A stretch of 64,000 nt of DNA from Shuttleworthella sp. (GCA_045544375.1 JAZPYY010000028.1:2183-66182); one strand, 5' to 3'; positions 9,350-18,424 are shown, counted from the stretch's first letter. Translations and numbers: made by a program. Notes: a model not told the origin generated them from the sequence alone.

Positions 9350-10105
9350 TTATCCGATGACATCCGCCATGTCATAAACTCCGGCCGGCTTGCCGCACAG
9401 ATATTTTGCCGCCGCGATTGCGCCCTTGGCAAAGATGGCGCGGGAATAGGCCGTATGGGTGAAGGTGATCACCTCATCCGTTCCGGCAAAAATCACCTCA
9501 TGCTCGCCGACGATGGTTCCGCCGCGTACGGCACTGATGCCGATTTCCTTGTCCGGGCGGGCCATTCGGCGGCTGCTGCGGTCAAAGACATATTCGTAAT
9601 CATCGCCATGAGCGTGATTGATGGCGTTTGCCAGTGCCAGCGCCGTTCCGCTGGGGGCATCCAGTTTGCGGCGGTGATGCTTCTCCACGATTTCGATGTC
9701 GTAGCCCGCGTCTGCAAATACTTCGGTGGCTTTTTTCAGCAGCGAAATCAGCGTATTGATGCCCAGGGACATATTGGCGGAACGCAGCACCGGGATGGAC
9801 TGGGAAGCGGTCAGCGCCGCTGCCATCTGCATCTCGCTTAAACCCGTGGTGCACAGCACCAGGGGAAGATGCTTTGTCACCGCAAAATCCAGCAGGTCGT
9901 CCACGGCCGTTGCTGCAGCGAAGTCGATGATGACATCCGCTTCCACGTCGCACATCTGGGCAGAAGCAAAAACCGGAAAGTCCGGGCCATCCTCATTTTT
10001 CGGATCGATGCCCGCCACGACTTTCATGTCCGGCTCACCGGCGATCAGTTCCTGCAGCACTTTTCCCATGTGCCCGCAGGCACCATGTAAAATAACTCGA
10101 ATCAT
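9350..10105 (-). CDS. dapB: 4-hydroxy-tetrahydrodipicolinate reductase
   Basis: N-terminal GACGHMG Rossmann motif and the signature EKHHRRKLDAPSGTALALA. Confidence 0.95.
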   Translation of the reverse strand: MIRVILHGACGHMGKVLQELIAGEPDMKVVAGIDPKNEDGPDFPVFASAQMCDVEADVIIDFAAATAVDDLLDFAVTKHLPLVLCTTGLSEMQMAAALTASQSIPVLRSANMSLGINTLISLLKKATEVFADAGYDIEIVEKHHRRKLDAPSGTALALANAINHAHGDDYEYVFDRSSRRMARPDKEIGISAVRGGTIVGEHEVIFAGTDEVITFTHTAYSRAIFAKGAIAAAKYLCGKPAGVYDMADVIG

Positions 10106-10196
10106 ATTCTATTTCTCCCTTCAGGCACAGCTGCTCTTTTCGCTTTTGCACTGTTTGAGACATTCTTCCGTTCTGTCAGCTGACCTCTGCGCCGGA

Positions 10197-11081
10197 TTAC
10201 AGCAGTCCGTACTCCGCCATAGCCTTGCGCAGGCGCTCCTTCGTGCCGTCGGCCATATCGCACAGCGGTGCACGTAAGGGGCCGACGTTCATACCCATCA
10301 GATTTAACGCAGTCTTCACCGGAATCGGGTTCACCTCGCAGAACAGCGCGTCCACCAGATCCAGCATGCCTAACTGCAGTGCGCGGGATTTGGCGATGTC
10401 GCCCTCGAACCAGGACATGACCAGATCATGCATCTGCCGGGGCGCCACATTTGCCACCACGGAAATCACGCCGAGGCCGCCGATGGACAAAAGCGGAAGC
10501 ACCAGACCGTCTTCGCCGGAATACAGTTCCAGCTTGTCGCCGCACAGCTGCATGGTATGAGAAGCCTGGGCCATATTGCCGGTGGCTTCCTTTAAACCGA
10601 CGATGTTTTCCTTCGTGGATACCAGTTCTGCCACCGTCTCAGGAAGAATGTTGCAGCCGGTGCGTCCGGGCACATTGTACAGGATGATGGGCAGCTTTGT
10701 TTCATCCGCGATCATGCTGTAGTGACGTACCAGTCCCCGCTGGGTGGCTTTGTTGTAGTAGGGGGACACGATGAGCGCCGCGTCCGCGCCGTCCTCTTCC
10801 GCAGCCTTTGTCAGCTGGATCGCCGTGGCGGTGCTGTTGGAGCCGGTGCCGGCGATGACGGGAACACGGTGATTCACCATCTGGATGCAGGAACGGATCA
10901 CCGCCGAGTGCTCTTCTTCAGACAGGGTGGAGCTTTCGCCCGTGGTCCCGCAGATGATGATGGCATCCGTGCCGCCGGCGATCTGAAACTCGATCAGTTC
11001 TTCCAGTTTTTCATAGTTGACGCTTTCATCCGCATTCATCGGGGTGACAATGGCGACGCCGGAACCTTTGAAAATCGACAT
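10197..11081 (-). CDS. dapA: 4-hydroxy-tetrahydrodipicolinate synthase
   Basis: GVAIVTPM...GTDAIIICGTTGESSTLS...YNVPGRTG, typical DapA blocks. Confidence 0.95.
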   Translation of the reverse strand: MSIFKGSGVAIVTPMNADESVNYEKLEELIEFQIAGGTDAIIICGTTGESSTLSEEEHSAVIRSCIQMVNHRVPVIAGTGSNSTATAIQLTKAAEEDGADAALIVSPYYNKATQRGLVRHYSMIADETKLPIILYNVPGRTGCNILPETVAELVSTKENIVGLKEATGNMAQASHTMQLCGDKLELYSGEDGLVLPLLSIGGLGVISVVANVAPRQMHDLVMSWFEGDIAKSRALQLGMLDLVDALFCEVNPIPVKTALNLMGMNVGPLRAPLCDMADGTKERLRKAMAEYGLL

Positions 11082-11100
11082 CTGATTTTCCTCCTTTTTT

Positions 11101-11322
11101 CAAAAATAAAGACCAGCCGGGCGCGGCTGGTCAGAGCATACAATAATCTGAACCTCGATAGCGCCCCATCTTTCGATGACAGTGATAAGGATGTTCTCCT
11201 TACCCCCAGGTCAGATGCCGCACAGAAGACATCCCCTTCGGCGCCGTTTCCTTTTCCGATGCTTCATCCGCTTCTGCCGCGTCCGCAACGGTACTGATCA
11301 ACAGCGCAACCTCTATCAGATA
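11101..11322 (-). promoter_or_regulatory. Lysine riboswitch (L-box) with terminator expression platform, leader of dapA-dapB
   Basis: The minus strand reads GATAGAGGTTGCGC...GGAAACGGCGCCGAAGGGG...CTGGGGG...CACTGTCATCGAAAGATGGGGCGCTATC. This is followed by GACCAGCCG-CGCC-CGGCTGGTC TTTATTTTT (11101-11132). Confidence 0.75.
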
Positions 11323-11366
11323 TTCCCATGATAGTGCGTTTCAGGCGGTCTGTCAAGAAGCGGTTT

Positions 11367-12338
11367 TTACATCCATTCCTCCTCCGCGCCGGAAAACACC
11401 AGCCGTCCCACCATCTTCCTGCGCAGCATCTTTTCCACAAGGGCCCAGATCTGAAGCAGTATGGTTAAAAGCGGGAATAAATACAGCAGTCCGATGCGGA
11501 GTGAAATCCCAATGGCGTTTATGGTTCTTGACATCCGTGAAAGTGTCATTGTATCAAACGCTCCCCCTGTGATGCGGTGAATCACTGCGGAAAGCTCGGG
11601 GGACGTGGGAAAGAAACCAAACATTTCGCCCACAATAAAGACCATCAGCGTCAGCATAAGGGAAATCCTGATTCCGCTGAAGAAACGGGTTTTTGCCTGG
11701 GACCGCCACAGTCTTCTGTCGGCTTCTTCAAACTGCGTTTTGCTGTCTTTTTACCCATCCAGCCGCAGGAAGTACTCCATTCCGCGGATATAATCTTCCA
11801 TGCCCGGTACGCATTCCGCCATATAGCGGCTGGCTTCTGTGTACTTGCGCTCCTTCAGGCGTTCTTCGTATCCGGCGCGATAGTCGTCCATGCCCGGAAT
11901 GCTTTTCAGCAGTTGTTCTGCCGCTTCCGCCGCATCTAATAGTTCTTTTTCCGCTTTCGCAAGAATGCGGTCGTCCGCCGGCTTCCAGTCTGCGAGTTCC
12001 TGGGCTTCCCGCTGCCGGCTTTCAATCTGGGTACCGGTTTCAAATTCCGCCGTCACTTTGGGATTCATGACACGGGCTCCAAAGGTTCCCCGGCCGCCCA
12101 TCCAGCCCTGAACAGAGAAGGTGTGATGTTTTCTGCCGGCATCCGCTTCAAGCACCGCTGCATTCTGTGCAGTCAGCATGTGGCTGCGCCAGCGTCCTTC
12201 TTTTTTACGAAGATCCGCAAACAGAAGGGCGGCTTCTTCCTGCAGATCCGGTGCGGTTTTCTGTACCTCTGAAAGGATGGCTGCTTCATCGCAAAGCAGA
12301 CGGGTGACGGTTTCCTGAATGGCGGTGCTGATCATCAA
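11367..12338 (-). pseudogene. Paralog 2 of the 7680-8597 gene, split by one in-frame TAA (11751-11753) into 195-aa and 96-aa ORFs
   Basis: I translated by hand through the stop: ...YFLRLDG*KDSKTQFEEADRRLWRSQAKTRFFSGIRISLMLTLMV. This stays in frame with the 11367-11657 ORF. The stop aligns to the Y of YARLDTYRDSAKRF in paralog 1. Confidence 0.6.
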
Positions 12339-12453
12339 AGCCTCCCTTCGCTGCGTGTCGTTTTGCAGCTGCTGTCCTTGGCCAGTGTGCCCGTGTGCGG
12401 TGTATGAAATGTAAGATCAGGTGATTTACATCAGATGTATGATGCCGGATGTA

Positions 12454-12657
12454 TTACATTTGGTGCCGGACGACGCGGTATTCGTCGCCGTCACGGAAAA
12501 ACGGGCATTCCTTCTGCATACCCTGCATCATGCGGGCGTAGTCATCCTCGTCCATGTCCATCGAGCAGTAATATGCCTCGTCTTCTTCATCATATTCAAA
12601 AAATGCGCATTCATCACAGTTCATTTGTTTTTCGGATCCCTCTCTTTCTTTATTCAT
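12454..12657 (-). CDS. Small (67 aa) very acidic protein with four Cys residues, hypothetical
   Basis: MNCDEC(CxxC)...YYC...KECPFF with a D/E-rich middle. RBS-like AAAGAGAGGGA lies upstream. Confidence 0.5.
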   Translation of the reverse strand: MNKEREGSEKQMNCDECAFFEYDEEDEAYYCSMDMDEDDYARMMQGMQKECPFFRDGDEYRVVRHQM

Positions 12658-12709
12658 CTCAGATTATATGCTTTCATTTATTTTTATGTCAACTTATATT
12701 TGGCTTCTC

Positions 12710-12738
12710 TTGATCCTCATGATGTTCTGTGCTATAAT
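12710..12738 (+). promoter_or_regulatory. Sigma-70-type promoter TTGATC-17-TATAAT
   Basis: The -35 box is at 12710-12715 and the -10 box at 12733-12738, about 145 nt upstream of the ATG at 12883. Confidence 0.55.
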
Positions 12739-12882
12739 GCGAAGACCTTGCACAGAGGATTGACTGCAGCATTCGAAAATGCCGTTCCCCTGTGCCGTAT
12801 CCTGCAGCCGTCCGGCCGCCCGGTCCGCATCAGCCCCGGTCTTAAAGCCTGACCCCTGCAAAGCCCAGATCATGAGGAATCT

Positions 12883-13362
12883 ATGGAAACAGGCAGTTTA
12901 ATTGTCTACCACGGCAACGGCATCGGCAAAACCTCTGCGGCCATCGGCGCTGCCATGAAATGCGCCACCAACGGCGGTACGGCCTACCTGGTGCAGTTTA
13001 TGAAAGGACATCTCGACTCTAATCTGTACGACCGTCTGGAGCCGGAAATCAAGGTGTTCCGTTTTGAGCACAGTCTTGAATCCTTCTCGGAGCTGACCGA
13101 TGAAGAGCGGCAGGAAGAGCGTCAGAACTATCACACCGGTCTGTTCTTTGCCAAAAAGGTGCTCACCACCGGCGAATGTGATCTTCTGGTTCTGGATGAA
13201 GTCTTAGGCCTGATCGAGGAGGATCTTGTGACTTCCGGCGAAGTGCTCGAGGTTTTAAAAGCCCGGTCCATGTTTACGACCATTATTCTCACCGGCACCA
13301 ACCTGCCGGATGCCATCCGCGTGGCGGCGGATCACGTGTACAATATCACGACCGAAAAATAG
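12883..13362 (+). CDS. CobA/CobO/BtuR-family cob(I)yrinic acid a,c-diamide adenosyltransferase-like protein (short, 159 aa)
   Basis: LIVYHGNGIGKTSAAIGAA...YLVQFMKG...DLLVLDEV...IILTGTNLP...AADHVYNIT matches the family layout. The P-loop is degenerate. Confidence 0.75.
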   Translation: METGSLIVYHGNGIGKTSAAIGAAMKCATNGGTAYLVQFMKGHLDSNLYDRLEPEIKVFRFEHSLESFSELTDEERQEERQNYHTGLFFAKKVLTTGECDLLVLDEVLGLIEEDLVTSGEVLEVLKARSMFTTIILTGTNLPDAIRVAADHVYNITTEK

Positions 13363-13383
13363 CTTCATCGCACAAAAGAAAGC

Positions 13384-13417
13384 CAGGCAGCCGGAATTAC
13401 GCGGCTGCCTGTTTTTA
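13384..13417 (+). terminator. Rho-independent terminator (bidirectional position)
   Basis: CAGGCAGCCG-GAATTACG-CGGCTGCCTG followed by TTTTT. Confidence 0.65.
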
Positions 13418-13425
13418 TTACATAT

Positions 13426-14379
13426 TTACATATTCAGGTTTCCAATCCACGCCAGCAGTGGCTGTTCCCACTGCGTCCAGCTTTCGTTTCCGCAGAATCC
13501 GTGCATGGCTCCGGGGAGGAACATGGTCTGGTTGGAGGGGTTGATCTCCATCTTCTTCGCGTAGCGGTCAATGCCCTTTAACATGTCCTTTCCGCCGTAG
13601 CAAAGGAAGGTGGGGGTCTGCTTTACCCGATCGTAATTGTCAATCAGGGAATATTCCTTCGTCCAAAGCACCCGCTGAGCCGGGTTGGTGTAGAATTCCG
13701 GTCCCTTTAAGTTGGCCAGCATGTTGGGATTCTCGTCGAAGTTGGTCACCGGGTACATGAGGATCATGAAATCCGGCATGCCGTTTTGGGCATCGGTTTC
13801 ATCCGGCACGTAACCTTCGACGGATACGGGATCATTTCCTAAAAACTCCGCGGAGGATGCCACGGCATAGCCGCCGGCGGAAGATCCCATCACGCCGACG
13901 CAGTCCGGCGAGATGCCCCATTCTGCGGAATGGGCGCGCACGTAGCGGACGGCCCGCTGCACGTCGATGGCCGGCACGGGATAGCGGTAGGGCTCCAGAC
14001 GATAGTCCAGAACAAAAGCGGAAATACCGGCGCTGTTTAAAAGTTTCGCCGGATAGGTGCCTTCGTTATCGGTGGAAACCATGCAGAATGCGCCGCCGGG
14101 TGCAATCACCACGCTTTTTGTGGATCCCGGGACGATGTAGGGGGTGATGGTGGGAATGTCGGTGTAGGTGTCCCTCGCCTTGCCCTTTTTGATCACTTCC
14201 CGATCCACGTAATCGTCATGGCCGCTGTTGTCAGTCATCAGTTTCGTACCGAACACCCAGCGGATCCAGTTCATCATCACCACCGGCGCAGGCAGTTTCG
14301 TGATCTTCATATCAGCATATTTGCTGTCGGAATGATTGAGGGGGATGACATCTCCCCAAATCGGAATCGCAATGCTCAT
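13426..14379 (-). CDS. Alpha/beta hydrolase fold-3 esterase (Aes/acetyl-esterase-like)
   Basis: VVIAPGGAF (HGG-box equivalent) and nucleophile elbow GSSAGG are present. The gene lies next to the beta-glucuronidase gene. Confidence 0.8.
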   Translation of the reverse strand: MSIAIPIWGDVIPLNHSDSKYADMKITKLPAPVVMMNWIRWVFGTKLMTDNSGHDDYVDREVIKKGKARDTYTDIPTITPYIVPGSTKSVVIAPGGAFCMVSTDNEGTYPAKLLNSAGISAFVLDYRLEPYRYPVPAIDVQRAVRYVRAHSAEWGISPDCVGVMGSSAGGYAVASSAEFLGNDPVSVEGYVPDETDAQNGMPDFMILMYPVTNFDENPNMLANLKGPEFYTNPAQRVLWTKEYSLIDNYDRVKQTPTFLCYGGKDMLKGIDRYAKKMEINPSNQTMFLPGAMHGFCGNESWTQWEQPLLAWIGNLNM

Positions 14380-14465
14380 GGTGTACCTCCTTCAATTGCT
14401 GCAGGCAAAAACACACCTGTCTTCTTATGTATGCTTCATCTTACCACTTAGCCACCTGTATTTCC

Positions 14466-14503
14466 ATAAAAGAATGCGCCCCGGCAAAACCGGAGCGCAT
14501 TCT
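14466..14503 (-). terminator. Terminator after the beta-glucuronidase gene
   Basis: On the minus strand AGAATGCGC...GCGCATTCT is followed by TTTTATGG. Confidence 0.6.
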
Positions 14504-14585
14504 TATCATTTCAATTCGGAGCAAAGGACGGCGTCGCATACATCCGAGACGCCCGCCTTCCATCCAATTGAAAATACTATACCTT

Positions 14586-16418
14586 TTACGCCTTATATCC
14601 AAAATCCGGAATGGCGTTCCACCGGATTCTGAAGTAGTGGGCCGCCAGCTTCGGCTTGCGGTCCCGGGTGAACAGGCCTTTTTTATTGCCCTGGATGCGC
14701 AGCATGCTCTGGCTGGTGGCAAAGTCCGCAAAGTTCCACACCTGCTCGCCGACGACGAAATCATACTCATCGAAGACGTCGTTGTTCATCCGGTAATAAT
14801 CCACCTGGTACTCTTCCGTGTACATTACCGGTGTGGCATCATGCAGCCCCATCACCGTATCTGCGCCGTATTCGGAGAACATCACCGGCTTGCCCACGGC
14901 GCGCCATTCATCCAGTTCGGCACGCAGCGCCTGCTCGGAAGCCGCTAAATCCGGGCCGCCGAAATACCAGCCGTAGTAGCGGTTTAAGCAGATCACGTCG
15001 GAGAGCTGAGCCGAGATATCCGTATCCGGGCCGCCGGCCATCTGCACGGAGGTCAGGGTGCAGGGGCGCTTCTGGGGATCCTCTGCCCGGGCCAAGTCAT
15101 ACAGGGGTTTGAAGTATTCCATGGAGCCTTCGCCGTAGGAGGCCGGCTCGTTGGCAATGTTCCACATCACCACGCAGGCATAGTTTTTGTCCCGGGCGAT
15201 CAGATCCCGGATCACGTCTTTGTGGTGTTCAAAGGTCTGCACTCCGTGTACCGGATCAAAAGTGCCCACCTTCTGCCCTTCGAAGTTCGCGCCGCCGCCA
15301 AAGTCCAGATTGACGCCCACGGCCGTGGTCTCGTCGATGACGACGATGCCTTCCTCGTCGGCTAAGCGCATCATCTCCTCGCTGTAGGGATAGGGGCTGC
15401 AGCGGAAGCTGTTGGCCCCCTGCCATTTCATCAGGGAGATGTCCTTGACGTACATGGGCACGTTCATACCCCGGCCGCCGGGGAAGGTGTCTTCATGCTT
15501 GCCGTATCCCTTAAAATAGAAGGGCTTTCCATTGATGAGGAACTTTGTTCCCTCCACCCGCACGGTGCGGATGCCGTAGGGAAGTTCGTAAGTATCTTCG
15601 CCGAAGGTGACACGCACCCTATAAAGATAGGCGCACAGCGGCTGCCAGAGGGTGGCTTTTGGAATCTGCAATGCGGCTTCTGTACCGCTGCCCTCTGCCA
15701 CCTTGTTTCTCTTGGCGTCGAAGACCTCCACCCGGCAGGAAGCGTTTTCTGCCTTAGGGCCGGCGGCGTCGGTTTTCACACAAAGGGTGACATCGCTTTG
15801 CGCCGCGGTCTCTTCCGCCACCTGGGCCGTGACCGTCACATCCGAAATATAAGTTTTGGGAGTGGTGTAAATCCGCACGGGACGGGTGATACCGGCATAG
15901 TTGAAAAAGTCGAAGTTGGGGAAATTCTCCTTTTTCTGCGTGCCCACCGGTCCGCCGACGCCTCCGCCCATCATGGGTGCCTTGCCGCCGATGGGCAGGG
16001 TGGTGTAGTCGATGATGTTGGATACGGCGATGGTCAGCAGATTTTCCCCATCCGAAAGCGCCTCGTTTAACTCGATTTCAAAGGGAAGGAAACCGCCCAG
16101 ATGCTCGCAAAGCAGCGTGCCGTTTACATACACTCTTGCCCGGTGGGTGACTGCATCGCAGCGAAGCACCACCCGCTCCTTTTCGTGTACGTAGGCCGGC
16201 AGGGCAATGGTGCGCTGGTAATAGACCCAGCCGTAATGATCCCGGAAGGAAATGCCTTCCTTTAAGTCATTGTAGGAGGCCGGCACCGGCATGGTCATGG
16301 GGCAGAATAAAGGCTGCGCGGCCACCGTGTCGTCAGGCGTTTCACCGCCCAGTGAAAAGTTCCAGATTCCGGACAGATCCATAACCATCCGGGAAGACGT
16401 CAATACGGGATACAGCAT
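14586..16418 (-). CDS. uidA: GH2 beta-glucuronidase (GUS)
   Basis: The N-terminus MLYPVLTSSR..DLSGIWNFS parallels E. coli GUS. Catalytic NIANEP and FSEYG, RYYGWY, and the glucuronate-specific GNKKGLFTRDRKPK (N-K motif) are present. Confidence 0.92.
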   Translation of the reverse strand: MLYPVLTSSRMVMDLSGIWNFSLGGETPDDTVAAQPLFCPMTMPVPASYNDLKEGISFRDHYGWVYYQRTIALPAYVHEKERVVLRCDAVTHRARVYVNGTLLCEHLGGFLPFEIELNEALSDGENLLTIAVSNIIDYTTLPIGGKAPMMGGGVGGPVGTQKKENFPNFDFFNYAGITRPVRIYTTPKTYISDVTVTAQVAEETAAQSDVTLCVKTDAAGPKAENASCRVEVFDAKRNKVAEGSGTEAALQIPKATLWQPLCAYLYRVRVTFGEDTYELPYGIRTVRVEGTKFLINGKPFYFKGYGKHEDTFPGGRGMNVPMYVKDISLMKWQGANSFRCSPYPYSEEMMRLADEEGIVVIDETTAVGVNLDFGGGANFEGQKVGTFDPVHGVQTFEHHKDVIRDLIARDKNYACVVMWNIANEPASYGEGSMEYFKPLYDLARAEDPQKRPCTLTSVQMAGGPDTDISAQLSDVICLNRYYGWYFGGPDLAASEQALRAELDEWRAVGKPVMFSEYGADTVMGLHDATPVMYTEEYQVDYYRMNNDVFDEYDFVVGEQVWNFADFATSQSMLRIQGNKKGLFTRDRKPKLAAHYFRIRWNAIPDFGYKA

Positions 16419-16444
16419 CTTCTTTTCCTCCTGTCATTTGGCGT

Positions 16445-16723
16445 TTAAATCAGAATCATACCGTTTTCATCCGGCTCTTTGGGCACGGCCACCATCCAGT
16501 CGATCAGGCTCATGGCAGCAGAGATCCCGGTCCAGCAGATGGCCAGGTACACCAGGCCCTTTACCCAGTGCTTCGCATAGAAATGGTGCACACCGAAAAT
16601 CCCCAGCAGGCACAGCCAGCAGTAGGTTTTCCGGTTCACCGGGTTATATGTGGTATGTGCGTCCTTAAAGGCGTAGTATTTTTCCACCAGACGCACCCAG
16701 GCGCTCTTCTTTTCCTCTGCCAT
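16445..16723 (-). CDS. TM2 domain-containing small membrane protein
   Basis: CWLCLLGIFGVHHFYAKHWVKGLVYL is the TM2 signature. Confidence 0.7.
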   Translation of the reverse strand: MAEEKKSAWVRLVEKYYAFKDAHTTYNPVNRKTYCWLCLLGIFGVHHFYAKHWVKGLVYLAICWTGISAAMSLIDWMVAVPKEPDENGMILI

Positions 16724-16846
16724 GAAAGATTCCTTTCCTGATCCGTGTTCGCAGGCTCACCGGCACATATCATTTTGCGGCTGCAGCACCAGCCGGAAAT
16801 CTTCTTTAATAAGATTCAGCAGCCGCTCGTCCGTCCTTCGGCCCTG

Positions 16847-16887
16847 CTTTTTGAAAAGGCCGGCTGCCCTTATAAAGGCGGCCGGCC
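16847..16887 (-). terminator. Terminator after the GPH transporter gene
   Basis: On the minus strand GGCCGGC...GCCGGCC is followed by TTTTCAAAAA. Confidence 0.5.
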
Positions 16888-16930
16888 GCATGTTTCATCT
16901 GATTTGGAACCCGTCCGGTTCCCCGTTCTG

Positions 16931-18424
16931 TCAGGCTTCGCCCTTCATGTAGGCTGCCTTGATCTCGCCCACCTTCTCGCGAACCTCTTCCATTTTCTCG
17001 GCGGTCAGCGGATAGAACTTCATGGCCACCACGTTGAAGATCAGACCGATGGACACCAGACCGTAGGTCAGGAAGATACCCACTGCCTTCAGCTGGGGCG
17101 AATAGGGGGTATCCACATCCGGCATCTTATCCCGGAAGCCTATCATGGCAAACAGCAGGCTGGCGATAAAGGGCGCTAAGGAAGACACCAGTTTGTCGAT
17201 GAAGGAGAACAGCGTGCCCATTAAGCCCGGCACGTATTTTCCGGAACGGTAGGTCTCGTAGTCGGCGCAGTCTGCCGTCATGGGAATGACGATGTTGGAA
17301 GAAACCTGCTGGAAACCGCCGGCCACCACCGTCAGGATAAACAGTGCAATCGTAAAGAATGTAAAGCCCTGGAATCCATCATAGCCCGGAATACCCAGCG
17401 TCTTCGGATCGCCGAAGGTCCACAGAAGGATCATCAGGATGTTGCCAATAAGAGCAACCCAGCTGGAGATGATCATGGCCTTCCGCTGGCCGAACTTGGT
17501 GGCGATGATACCGACGCCCAGGAAGATAAAGATCACGTTGCCGATGGTGGTGTAGATCTGGAAGCCGCCGGACAGGGCATAGTTTCCTACCACCACGCCG
17601 TACATGATGGCCGTAACCACGGAGGTGCGGGCTGCGCTTCCTAACTTATCTGTAGAAGCGGAAAGCACCAGCATCTGGATGGCGCGGTTGTTCTTGATGA
17701 CTTCAAAATAATCCCGGAAGGTAACCATCTGGGGCTTGCCGGTACCAAAATACTTGCTGTTGTCCTTCGGCCAGATGGAGATGACCGCGATGGCGGTAAA
17801 GATGGCGGAAAGGATGGCAAAGATGGCCCACATCTCATGATAAAGGGTGATGTCGCCCATGAAGTTTCCGCCGTGCTTCGGAACCAGATAGCTGGATACC
17901 AGCACCTGACCGCCGGTGAACAGAATCATGTTGAAGGTGGCGTCAAACACGGTAAACAGCGGCCGCTGCTTGGGATCGTTGGTCAGGCAGCTCTGAGCCG
18001 ACTTCGTGACCACGCACTGGAAGGTGTAGCCGATGTAGTAAATCATGTTGATCACAATGAAGAAGACCACACGCACAATGCCTTCCGGAAGTTTCGGCGT
18101 CACGAAGAACATCAGAAAGCTGGCCAGAAACAGGATGGCGTTGCCGATGATCATGAACGGACGGTTTTTGCCGAACTTGCCGTTGGTTTTATCCACGACG
18201 AAGCCGATGAAGGGATCGGTGACACCGTCCCAGATCCGCATGATCATGGAGAAGCTGCCGGCCAAAACCACGCCTAAGCCTACCCAGCCGTTGATGTAGA
18301 ACGCGATGAAGTTCATCAGAAACAGGTACAGGTTGGTGGCGGTGTTGTTTAACGCGAACCCGCCGATGCGCCACAACGGAACACGGTGAATGCCGTTGCC
18401 CACATCATACTTTGAATTTTCCAT
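16931..18424 (-). CDS. Glycoside-pentoside-hexuronide (GPH):cation symporter, MFS (glucuronide transporter candidate)
   Basis: 12-TM profile with the GPH-type DGVTDPFIGFVVDKT motif. ATG at 18422-18424 (MENSKYD) follows GGAAGGGAGAAATC. Confidence 0.85.
   Translation of the reverse strand: MENSKYDVGNGIHRVPLWRIGGFALNNTATNLYLFLMNFIAFYINGWVGLGVVLAGSFSMIMRIWDGVTDPFIGFVVDKTNGKFGKNRPFMIIGNAILFLASFLMFFVTPKLPEGIVRVVFFIVINMIYYIGYTFQCVVTKSAQSCLTNDPKQRPLFTVFDATFNMILFTGGQVLVSSYLVPKHGGNFMGDITLYHEMWAIFAILSAIFTAIAVISIWPKDNSKYFGTGKPQMVTFRDYFEVIKNNRAIQMLVLSASTDKLGSAARTSVVTAIMYGVVVGNYALSGGFQIYTTIGNVIFIFLGVGIIATKFGQRKAMIISSWVALIGNILMILLWTFGDPKTLGIPGYDGFQGFTFFTIALFILTVVAGGFQQVSSNIVIPMTADCADYETYRSGKYVPGLMGTLFSFIDKLVSSLAPFIASLLFAMIGFRDKMPDVDTPYSPQLKAVGIFLTYGLVSIGLIFNVVAMKFYPLTAEKMEEVREKVGEIKAAYMKGEA

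Noticed and set aside
9328-9358. Three tandem TTATCCGA repeats that look like DnaA-box halves
   Set aside because: Each has at least 2 mismatches to TTATCCACA. The last copy is the dapB stop region (…VIG*). The location is 37 kb from the dnaA/oriC strand switch.
12739-12882. Possible cobalamin riboswitch upstream of the adenosyltransferase-like gene
   Set aside because: There is no B12 box (…AGYCMGG.AGACCKGCC…), no GGGAA or GGTG..AA.TCC elements and no terminator. It is kept only as an unclassified structured leader.
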